DNA of 64,000 nt from Azolla caroliniana (taxonomy: Eukaryota; Plantae; Polypodiophyta): positions 7,564,001-7,628,000 of the forward strand of contig JBHGNT010000012.1 in NCBI GenBank assembly GCA_043228905.1, read 5' to 3'. Under the pieces are notes generated by a model. That model searched no databases and had not been told where the DNA came from. It was given only the letters and a program-made list of their open reading frames with translations. The translations under genes and the position numbers were made by a program. Shown here piece by piece: positions 1 to 13,305 of the stretch. How positions within the stretch are numbered: the first letter of the stretch is position 1; the number at the start of each line of letters is the position of its first letter.

Positions 1-3000
1 GCGTCGAATCGGAGATGTAAATTGCACATAGCCTAGTAGGCCCAGAGATGAATGAGATATGGGCTTTAAAAAGTTCACATCAGCACGAGCTGTCGAACGT
101 AGCAATGCAAGTGCACGTGCAGGTCCCTCGGGAATCATATGAAATTGCTTATTAACCTCTTCATTTTGGATTTGGCCTCTGTAAGGCAAGGCAAGACCTC
201 GTTCACCCCCAAATTTCGCAATCGTTTCTCCACACAGAATCATCATCTCAGATACTAAAACTGCAGAGCGACTAGTCTCATCATCCAAGGTGATGGTAAT
301 TTGGGGATTATCTGTCTCTTCCCCTACAACATGAACATTAGCCTTTGGGATAAGTACATTCGAAGCACCCTGTGTGCATTCATAGAATTTCATAACTATT
401 GTCAGTCAATATGGTTTTTCGATATGCATATGTGTGTAGAAACATCTGGTTGCCATGACTTACTTTAGAAAGGCGCCACTTCTTTCGTAATGCAGCAGCT
501 TCGTACAAAATTGATAACTCTGATTCATCATCCAGATCTAGAGATAGTAGCTCAGATGCAGACTCATAGGAGAGCTGGTATGTTGGGCAGATTAAAGAAT
601 TCTCAACTCTTATTTCTGCCACACTTCACCATTGATATTGTGTCAAAAACAAGGAGATGAAACATATGTTATTCTATATATCTTGTAACAAGATTAGCAC
701 ATATACCTGCCATCATGTGACAGAACCACCGATACACTGATAGCTGCGCAGCATCTTCCTTGCTTAAGGCTCATAAAATCTGTTGCAAGCTCCACAGGGA
801 ACATCGGGATGCTCATAGTTGGCAGGTATATGGATGTACACCTCTTGCTTGCCTCTCTTTACACCAACATAAAGAAATTATAAGATATAATTTTTAAGCC
901 ATTATATTAGGTGAAGATGTTATGACTCAAAACCTTACTTCCGCAATATATTATCCCAGTTTACCCAGCGTGTTGGATCAGCTACATGTATCCAAACCTT
1001 AAGTCGACCATCTGGTAATCTAACAGCACTAAGTCCATCATCGATCTAGCATATAATCAAAACAACCGGCAATAAATATTGATGCCACTTTCCGAAATAT
1101 TTCTGACAACATCAACATGCCTCAAACTGAGGGTCTACTCACTTCATTTGGATTTTCAGTATCAATTGTGTACACTTTCATTGATGTGAGGTCTACTCGT
1201 CTATCCTGCACATGGACAACCAAAAACTTAAGAGCCTTGGCATTTACTATATGACATGATTAATATAAATATGATGTGATCATTAGTTGTTCACAGAAAA
1301 CTTTGAGATTTCTATACCTTGTCCTGGTCCTCATGATGGTTAGTTTTCATTGATTTTGTGACTTCTAAAGCCTCCTTTGAAAATTCGATTGGCACATTCA
1401 GTTTAAGAAGATTTAAGTTCTCATGAATTCCGAAGTAGCCCATCTGGATCATCACGTTTCCCGCACCTTCTGGACTTCTCACAACTCCAAGAGCGTCCAA
1501 TATCTGTTCTTCAATAGGAGAACAACATGTTGAAATCAAGAGCATCGAACTGCGATGAAAGTCATAAACCATAAAGATGTACCTGAACCACATCTTGCTT
1601 TCGTTTGTCACATTCACACCTCTCAAGAGCAAATGCTTTCATCGACTCGAGTTGAGTTTTGAATTCAGATATTGAATCCCATGATTTTTTCTTTGGTCTC
1701 TCTTCTTGAGGCAATTGCATTACTGCTTTCACAAGGCTGACAAAATCAGAATATTTCCTTTGTGTGATTTCTTGACGAAGCTGCTGAAGCCGCAATTGCC
1801 TAACCTTCTCCATGGAATCGAAAACTAGTTAAGTCAGTCTCTAGTTTGTGAACAGTATGAAAAGGTATACCAGAAAGTAAGAGGAAATCAAGAACGGAGA
1901 TAAAATACCTCCAAGAAATAGGCAAAAAATTCAAAGAAGAAAACAGACACAAGCTACAAGTGCAATATCATCATCATCATCATCATAGCTTGCAGACAAT
2001 TATGCCATGCCCATTTGTGTCATTGGTGCATAATATAAGGTTAAAGGTTTGATAAACACAACCAAGAAGATCACATCAGAGTTTGCTATGAGAATATCAA
2101 CTGGTATGAAGATAGATAACAGTAGGAAACCTTCAGCTCCGAAAAAGGAAACAGGGATTAAGAATCAAACAAACAAGATACACACACTCAATCAATCCAA
2201 GGTATCTATTGCCGCATTTTTATGAGCATATTGAAAATTTGTATTATTTGATCAATTAGTTCTGAGATGGTCTCAATCACTGGTATCTAGTTCAACATCC
2301 CATACCATGTGAGGAAAGTGGCAGCAGAACTTGAAGTCCGAAGAATTGGTACTGGTTGTTACAAGGGATTCAAGAACTCTACAAGCAAATAGGTTGCAAA
2401 AACGCATCACAAGATAGACAGCTATACATAAACCAATTAACTTTAGGCCTACGCCTGGGACAGGTCTATTACCTATCTCAGGCTTCAAAGGTTTCATGGA
2501 TGTAAGTTCTGTTGCATGTTTATACCAAACTTATCATGACAGTTTCCACCAAGATCTCCTTTTCGAAGATCAAGCTGTGGGTTAAGACACAAAATGAGAA
2601 TTTCAAAAGAAAAGAGAGGCGAGAATAAATATATGAACCTGTTCCAATGGTCGTGGCTCATAGAGTGGGCAATAGCCCTCCTCCTTGCACGCAAAATACA
2701 TTGGGTATGAAGTTACCAACCGATACGCACCATAACACTTTTCCGGTGACATATTCCCATATATGACCTGAATTTTGTACATCAGTAGGATCATATATCA
2801 TGCATGAAAATCCCAAAATATCTACCACAATCATCAGCTTAAACATACCAATGTCAACTCTTCCAGATCAACTACTTTGCTATTCATGATCATTTCCTCC
2901 CAAGCAACCTCTAGCCGAATTGGGTCCTGAAAGCGTGTTCTCCACATGAGGGAATCAAGCATATGCAAACGGTAAAGTTTAAGAAATCCATATTGGGATA

Positions 3001-4103
3001 ATTGGAAACCAACCTGCAAGACCTCAACCTGACGAAGCATCTCTGACAGGTCTTTTGGCGTGAACTTCTCACCCCCTGGAACAATAACATTGATTTGTTT
3101 TGGTCTAACCGTACATGTTTCTGCATTCTGGTGTTTTAGATGGCTTCATTAGCTTCCATTCTACATAGAGGAACCACCTCAACTACATACAAGAATGTTA
3201 CAACCACAAGATCGACAGAGCACAAACCTGATCGAGTACATTCCAATTTCTCCTGCCTTCACGAGCTTGTGTCACACCGACACCAATTTCACCGGATTCT
3301 TTGGTGTATTCCACAATAAGTCCCTCCTGAAGGTTTATCTTCCGGTGTCTTCTGCCACGGATTTCTGGACTACTCGCGGTGAAATTCAACCTGCAATCAA
3401 TTTATTGAACTGAGATGTGTACACTAACCTAATTCTCTTCATTAAGAGAATTCTGATGCATCATAATTGCTCTTTGTCTACAAGATAGCCTCCCTTTCTT
3501 AAAAGTGTTGAAGTTTTCTTCTTAAACCTTGCACTCGCTATTAAACTGAGAAGTTTGTAATTGACCCTAATTCACTTCATTAAAGAGGTCCTGAAATCAT
3601 TCCAAGTTTCAATGATTATTCTTTGTGTTTGAAAATAGCAACAGCTTGCCTTTGTGGAAACATCTATCCTCTCATTCTTTGAAATTTTAACCTAATTTAA
3701 AAGCTTTCTTACTAGAAAACCTAAACTCTAAAACATAAAGTGAAACGTTAACCCGAAAACAAAAAACTGATACCCCAAATTTCTAAATCTACAATATGCC
3801 CTTCCAATGAACAACATATTCATACCTAACATTCTTGTGGGCAATGGCGGGAAAGGATGGAAGAATGGTGGGTCCTCCTCTAGTCTGCAAGTTTCAATCC
3901 TCCTCTGAAGTTAAATAAGAAAATGAAAGATAACAGATTTTCTAATTTATAGCAAAGCAAAACCCTACACCTTCCCAAAAATAAGAATAAAAGATAAAAA
4001 ATAAAAAACTCAGATTGCTTGGTCGTTTTACCAGGTACACAAATGTCCTCTGCACACAAGAATGTGTCAGACCCACGGTTCTGAATGAAAGGAACTTGGG
4101 CAT
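1..4103 (-). CDS. RNR1: Ribonuclease II (RNB domain), chloroplast/mitochondrial RNR1-like; 3' end outside window
   Basis: Thirteen GT-AG exons join in frame: 4103-4032, 3884-3826, 3390-3228, 3127-3014, 2926-2849, 2767-2639, ~1804-1583, 1503-1318, 1205-1143, 1045-939, 856-707, 623-464, 369-<1. Product has a transit-peptide-like N-terminus (MPKFLSFRTVGLTHSC...) and RNB motifs DLTSMKVYTIDTENPNE|IDDGLS, VWIHVADP, TSIYLPT..PMFP, LVSEMMILCGE, GYVQFTSPIRR. Confidence 0.9.
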
Positions 4104-4175
4104 GGCGAAAAAGGGTGAGATGATGAAGAAGATGATGGTGGTGAAGAAATGGGGTTCTTCCTTCTGCTGCTGCTA

Positions 4176-4190
4176 AAACCCTAAAACCCT
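4176..4190. promoter_or_regulatory. Telo-box (AAACCCTA) pair in the 5' leader of the RNase II gene
   Basis: aaaccctaaaaccct about 75 bp upstream of the inferred ATG at 4103. Confidence 0.45.
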
Positions 4191-6725
4191 CGCTTGAAAA
4201 CACTCATCTCTCCCTCTCTCATGGATCTTCTACAGATAGCTCTACTTCTCATATGTTTTTCTTTTGGGGGGGGGGAGAGAAGAGGGCATTTAGAGATTTC
4301 CCCAAATACCCTCCAAACTTTTTGTTATTTCCAGAGATGCCCCCCCCTTGGTCCACAACCCCTTCCACCAATGCTTCTCTCTCTCTCTCTTGGTAAAACC
4401 ACACAATTATAATAATTGCATGTAAAATCCACTTAGTTACAACACTTCTTAGTCTCCTCTACCTATCATATATGCCTATGTTGGGAGAGGGACATTTTGT
4501 AATGCTATTAAAAAAACCTGAATATGCATTTGAGGAAATGATCCCCACATGCTCTAACATCCAAAAATTCCACATGAGAATACTTTTAAGCTTCTTTATA
4601 TAGGCTTTCACCCCATGTCTATTATCAAACATGAAAGCATTACGCATATTCCAATTGTGTTGTAGACCCCAATAACGTAAAAATTGGAACAATATCTCCA
4701 TCTCATCATCTGACCCATTTTGAACATATTGAGAAAAAACCCATTGTTGAGGTCTCAAACAACAACGGGTTAAAACTTGCCAAATGTCCGATAAGTACTT
4801 CCAATGGTACCCGCTATAGGACATTTAATGAACCTATGTGTACTATCCTCCAATGAAACGGTGCAAAATAAACAAGTGCCAAATCCTAGTCCTCGTCTCT
4901 TTAATGCCAAACCTAATGGGAGATAACCAAGTTAATGATGTCATCTCATGATGATACAATATATTTGTAGTGACCTGTAACAAGCGTGTACCATCTTGTA
5001 ACCGCCAATCCACCCAATGTGCAAAATTTGTTTTCAATGGCAAAGATCCTTGCAACAATAATTTCTCCCAAATAAATCCATAATTTGGGGGAATACATAA
5101 CCATCGCTTGGCATCTTCAAAATCCGACAACCTTTGAGATTCATTATCAACCACATCTCCCAAATGTACAATCCTGAATCGAAATAAACGATTGAATTGA
5201 GATCTCAACTTCTCTTTCCCATGCCAAAACAACACTTGAGAAGAAACAAGCAATTCATTTTGTAATGAATTACAATATTCTCGATCACTTGATGGTCCCC
5301 ATTCAAAAAGAGATAATGCATCTTGCCATGATCTTACCAAATGTTGTCCAGATACAGAATGTCGAATCTTTAGAGGAATACTTCCATTGAGTAATGACCA
5401 CCAGGATGCTTGAATCTTTGTTTTCCCGTGCACCAATCCTTCATGCTCAATAAAATATTGCATCATAGATATCCATGGTTGATGTTGTTGACATATATCT
5501 CGTAATAATGCAAATCTACGACCCATCAAATGCCTTTCCAAATCCAATATTGCTGCACCACCTAACCTTTTAGGAGTAGCCAAATGGTCCCATACAATCC
5601 ATGTAACTCCCATCATTTCTCCCTTCCGCTACAACATGAACCGAATAGGTTGTAAAATGTTTTGCAATGCCTTCTTAGTCCAATGTAGTAAAGGCAAAAA
5701 AAATAATAACATGGGTATCAAGAATAACTTTGAGTCGTACATGAAAGGGCCATAATTGAGACTTCCGATACATAAATTTGTCCTTCAATTTACTACCAAT
5801 CCAATCAATCAATTGAACATTTGTAACATCAACACCCAATGGATCACCCAAATGTCGATAAATTGATCCTCGTGTAATCATTGACCCTCGCCATCCCAAA
5901 CATTCCAAATCACTCTCCGTACAAGAAATAAGGCGAGACTTCCTCCAATTTATATACAACCCTGAAGCCAAAGAAAATTGATCCAAACTTGCATACTCCT
6001 TTCAAGATTTTATTTTGAGACTTGTAAAAACATAAAAGAATCATCATCCAATGCTTGTGCCACCAATTGTCCACCAGAAGGAAGATGCAAACCCACAATA
6101 TCACCATTAGCTGCAATATTTGACAACATTACTAACAAAGGATGTGTAACAATAGCAAATAACAATGGGCGTAGTGGACATCCTTGCCGCACGGATCTAG
6201 TAAGAAACACTTTCGGAGTAACTCCGCCATTAAGCATCACACGCAAGGTCGCATTTTGCGCTAGCAAAAAGATAAGTCAACACATACAAGGGCCAAACCC
6301 CATATTATACATCACACCTGAGAGGAAAGACCAATTAACATGATCATATGCTTTTTCCAAATCTTATTGCACCATAACCATTTCTTGATGTGTATGTCGA
6401 GCATAATCGGTAGCCATTTGAACATTCAAAACATTATGCAATATATTTCTATCTGTAATAAAACCATATTGAGATGGATGAATAAGTTGACGTAAGAACT
6501 TCTGAAGTCTGTTGGATAATATCTTTGCAAACACTTTGTATAACCCTCCCATCAATGAAACATGCATCCATTGATGAAATGACTCTGGAAACGGTACCTT
6601 TCGTATCAATTTGATCAAGCCCACCTTCTAGCTCTTAGTCATGAAACCAGAATCCCAACATTGTTGAAACATTTGTGTGAATGGACTCTTAAGCATGCCA
6701 ACATACTTCTTAAAAACTTCATTTG

Positions 6726-7224
6726 TGTCGAGACTCGTGGGTAGAAGATAGAGTGAGAGCGAGAGCGAGAGCGAAAGAGAGAGGGTGTGTGTGTGTGTGT
6801 GTGTGCGTGAGAGAGAGAGAGAGAGTGAGAGAGAGATAGAGTGGGAGAGATAAGACTTGAAATAGAAATGAGATTATATTATAATGAAACAAGATTACAA
6901 TGAGTAGGCTAAGGGCTAAAGACTGGTGTTGAACCGAATGAGTTGAAACGAATGCATAGACAATTATTTATAGGTCCTTATGGAGTAATCTAGAATGTTC
7001 TAGAATATTTTAGATTTTATGATAAGAAATATAATCATGAAATATTAAAGGATGTTCTAGAATAATCTAGAATGTTCTAGAATATTCTAATATCTTGTAA
7101 TAACTAGAAACATAATTATTATAATCACACAACATATATGTTATTACAATGGTTAAGGGTTCAACACATAGACCAAGAAGTCGTGGGTTTGATTCTTGAT
7201 AACCAAAATGTTGTCTTCATGACA
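6726..7224. mobile_element. Solo LTR inserted in LINE ORF2
   Basis: TGTC...GACA termini flanked by a perfect 5-bp TSD ATTTG (6721-6725, 7225-7229). Removing it rejoins ORF2 as GWDGVTN-EVFKKY. Confidence 0.85.
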
Positions 7225-7379
7225 ATTTGTAACACCATCCCAACCAGGGCTTTTACCATTTGGAAGATGTAACAATACCTTTTCCACCTTAGCTTCTTCA
7301 AAATCAGCATCCAATTCTTGACAAATATTTGTATTCAACTGCACATAAAACATCTCATTCTTTATCGAATAAAGTTTTC

Positions 7380-8193
7380 CATAATATATATTTCTTATGA
7401 GGAGAAGATGCCCCTCGCACATTCCATGATAGCACTTTCATTTAACACCTGTAGTAAGAACTTGCTCTTTATGAGCAAGTGTATTCATGAATGTACTAAC
7501 TACTTGTTCAAGAGTTGCATAAGGATTCGTGTGTACTATATCCCTTCCAACAATATTGGGGTTTTGTTGTCTAGCTCCACGAGAACGAAGTCCTTGATTT
7601 AATCGAGTTCGTACCACCCTTCCTGAATGTGTACTATCTATGTATTGACGGAGTTAAACCCTCGATGTCGTTTGCGAAGTTCGTACCGACGTATACCCTT
7701 TTGATGGCGAATCGGGCGGAGGTAGTTGTCGGATACCTCTGAGCCTCACACTCACTTAATGATTGGTAAATGATTAAGCATGATATCTCTCTCACTCTCT
7801 CAAGCTCTCTCTCATAAACAATAGGTTAATAGATATAGACAATAAGAAGGAAGAGTATGTTTATTAACCCTCTTTGCTAAGAGGTCTAGCACCGACAAGG
7901 AGAGAGATTAGTGTTCTCTAACTAAACACCTCACTAATCTCTCTTAAGCTCAAAGGTTACAAGAAGGAGGAGAGGAAGCTCTAGATCTAATCAATAGGAG
8001 ATCTTTACAAATGGGAGAACCCCCTCAAAGCCACTATTATGTGGTTTATATAGCTTTCACATTTAGGGTATGGGCCTTTCACACTTGAACGTCTCTTTGC
8101 TTTCTTTTCCTCTTGTCGTTTCCTCTTCGTACTACGTCCTTGTTGATGCGCTCTTATTCGTGATTGGTTGTGTTGTTATCCCAACGCTTAACA
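7380..8193 (-). mobile_element. LTR-retrotransposon-like fragment where the LINE endonuclease region should be
   Basis: Non-LINE sequence beginning TGTTAAG on the minus strand at 8193, with a TATA-like ctatataaa and CT-rich tracts. No TSD found; left boundary approximate. Confidence 0.35.
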
Positions 8194-9661
8194 CTGAAAA
8201 ATTGAATTTGAATTGGTTGGATAATCTCTCATTTCACACTTGTTTCTGCCAAGGATTTTTCTTAAACCCCTCATTCAATCTCAAATTATCTTTTGGTAAT
8301 GCCTTACCATTAATATTTTTTGTGTCGCTTTGTATGGCAACACCCTTCCCTTTTATCTTATGCTTCACTTGATGCCACTCTCCATCTTCAACATCCGGGT
8401 CATCATTAATGCATACTCCATTCTCCTCCTCGACACCTCTAACATGACCGTGAACTTTAGGATCTCGCTCTAACCCATGAGATGTTCCCTCATCCATGAC
8501 CATATCAACCATTGAGACAATATCTCTCTCAACATCTTCCTTATTTTTCCCTTTGACATTATTTTCTAGGGATAGTTCACCATGAGATTGGCATTCCGCC
8601 ATAAAATGCCCCAATTTACCACATTTAAAACAATGTCCTGCAAAGGTCTCCCATTGAAGCTTAAAACGAAATCGACCAAATCGAGATGTATCTATATTCA
8701 ATCATCCTGGAAGTTTACAACTTGTATCCCATAACATGCAAAATCTACATTTGTTCAACGAATTAACATGAGGAGCAACCTAAACTTTACCAATTTGAGG
8801 CATCAATCCTGGTAGTAAATCCCAAAAGAATGAGTTACTGCAATCAACGATAACCCAAATTGGATATTGTTGTTTTAATAAATATTTATAATCCACCACT
8901 GGAACCCATTCCATCACATGCACTAATCTTCTATAAAAAAAGATCGGTACCTTTGCCATCAAAGTCGTACGATGTTTTGACGATCGAAAAACCACATCAT
9001 AGAAACCTCTTGGACTCACATTGATATCCTCAACACAATTAGGCATTATGAATGAATTCAACCACTGCTTAATCCATGATACCAAAGGAAGTTTGCTAGT
9101 GAAATACAAAATAACACCACGATCATAGAACCTGTCAAAAGTTGCTAACATAGACTTGGTCTCCATCACCACCTCTACAACATCCTCCTCCACACAATGT
9201 TTATTTAGCATCTTTCTCATTTTTTTCCATAAAATTGGAAAGCAAAGCCTTAACAAAATCACAATGATTGTCAATATTATAATCATCTCCAATAACATCT
9301 TTCCCACCAAGAATAGCAACATATGATGTTTTCTCATGTTCTGTAGAATCGATACACTTTTGCCTCTTGTAATTTTCACAACCATCATTACTACCACATC
9401 CATCAACAATCGTCAACTCACTTCCTATTGTTGTGTCAGCCATCCTAATAGAGATTGAGAGAGCCAACATGAAATGATAACAATTTTGCTTGTAGCTTCT
9501 TGTAATGATAATAAAACTTAGCTTCCAAATAATCCTTGGAAAGCACTCTGAACGAGCTTTGCAAGAGCCAAAAATTATAAAAACCAGAGTTCTGAGTACA
9601 AAGTTACATCAGAAACATGTTTCAACACTATTCTTGGAACGCCATCACTTTTTTTCCTTCT

Positions 9662-9901
9662 CTTCTCTCTCTCTCTCTCTCTCTTGGGTAAAAGCACACA
9701 ATTATACTAATTGTATGTAAAATCCATAGTTAAAACACTTCTTAGTCACCTCATATCCTATGTGGGGAGAGGAACGTCTTGTAATGTCATTACGAAACCT
9801 GAATATGCATTTGAGGAAATGATCCCCACATGCTCTAACATCCATAGAAAATCCACATAAGAATACCTTTCAACTTCTTCATATACGCTTTCACCCCATG
9901 T
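9662..9901 (-). mobile_element. 5'-truncated second copy of the same LINE 3' end (~240 bp)
   Basis: Aligns with 4374-4618 (shared ctgaatatgcatttgaggaaatgatccccacatgctctaacatcca) and has the same (TC)n end. Confidence 0.85.
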
Positions 9902-10299
9902 TTAGTGCCTCCCGTAGAATGCGCTTCATCAAGCTCGATTTCGAAGCATTCCCACGTCTCCTTCTCCCCCTCTATCTTCCACGTGCTTCCTCGAGGCCTC
10001 CACCTAAAGCTACATCAATAACTGAGGTGGGGGCATTCAAAAAAACAAATAACAAGCCTAGGGTATCTATCCATTATTGCCAAGGCCTTGCATATGTCTT
10101 TCATTTACTATGTATGTGTGTAACGATCCCTCTATATGGAGCTTACCTTATTTCTTCATCATATTTTATATGCGTATATTCACAAAGCAACAACACACAT
10201 TCAAGAAAGTCATGCATGTTTATTGTGCAAGAGAGGTGTAAGTGCTTTCCTTTATTTCATTGTTTACTTCTTTATCAACCTCGCCCAAAATTAAACACG

Positions 10300-11700
10300 A
10301 CATCCCATCCCACTCCTACCCCCCCCCCCCCCCCCCCCTCTTGCCTCATAAAATGGTTTGTTCCCATCAAACACCCTCAACCCCTTTAGTTCCCCATTTT
10401 TCGCATCATATATGATAGGGATCGTCTAATTAGTATAGCTCCAACAACTCTCAAATCCCACTCCTAACAAACCACACCAATCCGTCTCGCACAATATTGC
10501 ACACTACTCCCTTTGTTGTCATTAAACAAGAAAAAACTCAGATAGTTGATGTTATTCTTCATAGAACTCTCCCTTTAAACATCACCTTGTCACCCTCCTA
10601 ATACAACTAAAACCATCCAAAGAATGCCAAAGCACATAAACAATTCAACACGGCCTATTCTTGCAACCAGATTGTGGGTGGCTTTGAACTTCAATGGAAA
10701 CTACAAAGAAACCTTCGTGGTTGACCGCATCCTTGTCCTGAAAACCAATGTACAACCCATGGCACATTCACTTTCAAGACACTCCCTCATCCTAACACTA
10801 TTGTAAGGGTTTTACCCTAAATTGGCATGGAAAACAATGTTGATTTTTTCATATGTCCATAAATCCATATGCATACAATGGAGTGATTTGATGTCCATCC
10901 ACTTGAATCCCACATATGGTATCATGAGATGTTAGGTTCACTCACAACTCCCCATTTTGCTGAACCACCATAATGATTACCTTTTTCTGAAGACACAAGC
11001 TATTGAATGAAGTTGGTTGCCTACCCACAGAACACCTTCACCTTCCCAACATTCTTTTCCACACCCTTGAGAATGGTCATCATTTGACTTCGTCACTAGC
11101 CAAAAAACATCTCTGACCTTCTTATTTAAACAACTAACTCTAGCTCAAATGCTTATCAACAAATCTTGAGAGAAACACATGGTCAATACTATGAAAAATT
11201 TCAACAATTATATCAACATCCTTAAGACCTCCCATTCAAGCAACAATCCATATATTACAATTGTTATATATCCTCACGAGTAACCCAATGTTCAAAGCAC
11301 CTTGCTACCACCAATATTGTAACCATCCATCCATGTCAGAGTATTGCTTTTGATCATAATCAGAAACGAACCTAGTAACAACTAGTCAATCTTTGGAGTT
11401 GAGCACAATTTCTCCCATCTTATTTGTATGACTTCAAGGCCAACATGTTACCGACCCTTCTCAAGTCAATGTCATGGGTTTCAATGGGTCCTATTTGTCT
11501 CTCTAAACTCTACATTTTCTTTACACACACACAATTCCTTATGCTTCACGATCACCTATACTCTACATTTTCTTTACATTTATTATGCCAATATATTGAT
11601 GGTCTTGTCCATATCTCTCTATCGCCCATTTATGTGTGTCTTTCTCTAGTGGCTGATGTGCTAGCGAACAATTCAAACCAGCAAGTCAGAGGAGCCCATG
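10300..11700 (+). mobile_element. Highly decayed Ty3/Gypsy pol remnant
   Basis: Only faint integrase-like traces (W..SFDFVT near 11075, GP near 11487, HPVF-like near 11622). No intact ORF; boundaries approximate. Confidence 0.35.
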
Positions 11701-11898
11701 TCATGTTGGTTGCCTTGTAATTTCACCATGATTATACACACACACACACACGTGAATATTAAAGGAAAGGATGAGAAAATAAAAGAAGGAAATGAATAAG
11801 AAGAAATACTGATAACACAAATCAATTGGCTCAGTCGCAGGAAATGGTAATAGATTATCCTTATGTTGTCGAACACAAGATGAGGGTAATCAAATATG

Positions 11899-12513
11899 TG
11901 TTAGGGATTTGTCTCTCCTATGGGAGAAGTCAACAATTGAAGTCAAGGAAGAAGTTGGCAGTCGAATTCACAAGCCAAATATAGTATGGTCGATTGGATC
12001 AACTATCGAGTCAATAGGGTGATCGACTGGTTGAAGGAGATAGAGAGTTGACTATGATAGTCGACTACATTGGATGGATGCTCCAAGTCGAAGACAAGGC
12101 TGACAAGTCAGGACGATTAATTATTATTATAATGTATATAATAATAATAACATATCACTCCTATAAATAGGAATAGTTAGGATAAAACTTATGTGGAGCA
12201 AGAGCTTCTATAGTAGAGAGCAGAAGTGAGTGTAGCAGAGAGTAGGAAGAGATTTGAGAGTGGGCAAGAAAGAGGTAGAGTTTAGTGGAACTCGTCTAAA
12301 CCCTAAGTGGGCACTCTCTTATTCTCAGATACTTGGAAATATTTCTTTTGTACTTCTCTTTATAGTGAAAATCTATTACCCCCGTGGTTTCCCCGTTTTA
12401 GGGTTTCCACGTAAATATTGTGTATTATGTATCTTGTTCGCTATCTTCAGTTTTTTTTTGTATCTTATTTTCAGTCTATACTTTATGTCCATCTACGGTC
12501 CTATTTCACATCA
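11899..12513 (+). repeat. 5' LTR of Copia-A
   Basis: TGTTAGG...CATCA followed by the PBS; homologous to 33544-34147. Confidence 0.9.
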
Positions 12514-12637
12514 ATCTAGTATCAGAGCTTGAGGTGCAAGAATGGAAGGAGGTGTGAGTGGTTTCCCAAGAATGATAGTCCTGAACTCACACAACTACTC
12601 TGATTGGAAGATCAAGATGGAAGATCTTCTGATAGTC

Positions 12638-13305
12638 ACCTCCTCTTCTAATTCGCCTTGAAGAAAGGCGTTCTTTACATCCATCTGATGGAGGTGCCAC
12701 CCTTTCGCCGCTACGAGTGCAATTACAGTTCGCACAGTTGTCATATTTGCTACTGGGATAAATGTCTCTTTGTAGTCAACTCCATGTGTTTGTGCATATC
12801 CCTTCGCTACGAGTCGAGCGTTGTAGCGGTTTACGGAGCCGTCAACGTTATACTTCACCTTGTAGATCCATTTGCAACTAATAGCCTTCTTGTGCGGTGA
12901 GTGGGGAACGAGATCCCATGTTTCGTTCTTGCAAAGTGCCCGCATCTCCTCGTTCATTGCTTCAACCCATCGCGGGTCCTTCACGGCTTCGGAAAAGGTT
13001 TCCGGCTCCCGTATTGTTGCTACCTTCATCATAAAGGCGTAATGGTATGCCATATAATCGTTGTAGCCGAATCGGCTTACGGGGTTCTTTTCACGGGTGG
13101 ATCGGCGGAGCTTCTTGTCCGAGATGTGCTTTGATCGCTCGGGGGCTCATGTGGCCCACTAAGCCTTGTCGTAATCGGGCTTTCTTCGAACATGTACGTA
13201 AGGCGATCTTCATCTTCTATCTCTTGTTCGGTGGATTCCAGGTCGAGCGGAATCGGAGCCGTAGTTGTCTCTGGTGCGTACCAAGATGCGGACTTGTCGA
13301 ATTAC
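12638..13305 (-). mobile_element. Copia RT fragment (Copia-B family) inverted inside Copia-A gag
   Basis: ORF 12595-13053: EPETFSEA..WVEAMNEEM..CKWIYKVK..ARLVAKGY..HQMDVKNAFL. 13141-13290 aligns with 24944-25098 of Copia-B. Confidence 0.85.

Larger units (their letters stand above)
4374..9660 (-). mobile_element. Degenerate L1-type LINE (ORF1 zinc knuckle plus ORF2 RT fragments) with (GA)n 3' end
   Basis: ORF1 pieces 9470-8234 carry CFKCGKLGHFMAEC. ORF2 pieces carry GKSPGWDG, YKVFAKILSNRL..LIHPSQYGF, RSVRQGCPLRPLLFAI, QALDDD, SGLYINWRKS, YRHLG.PLG, PKRLGG. Many stops and frameshifts; no endonuclease domain recognisable. Confidence 0.88.
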
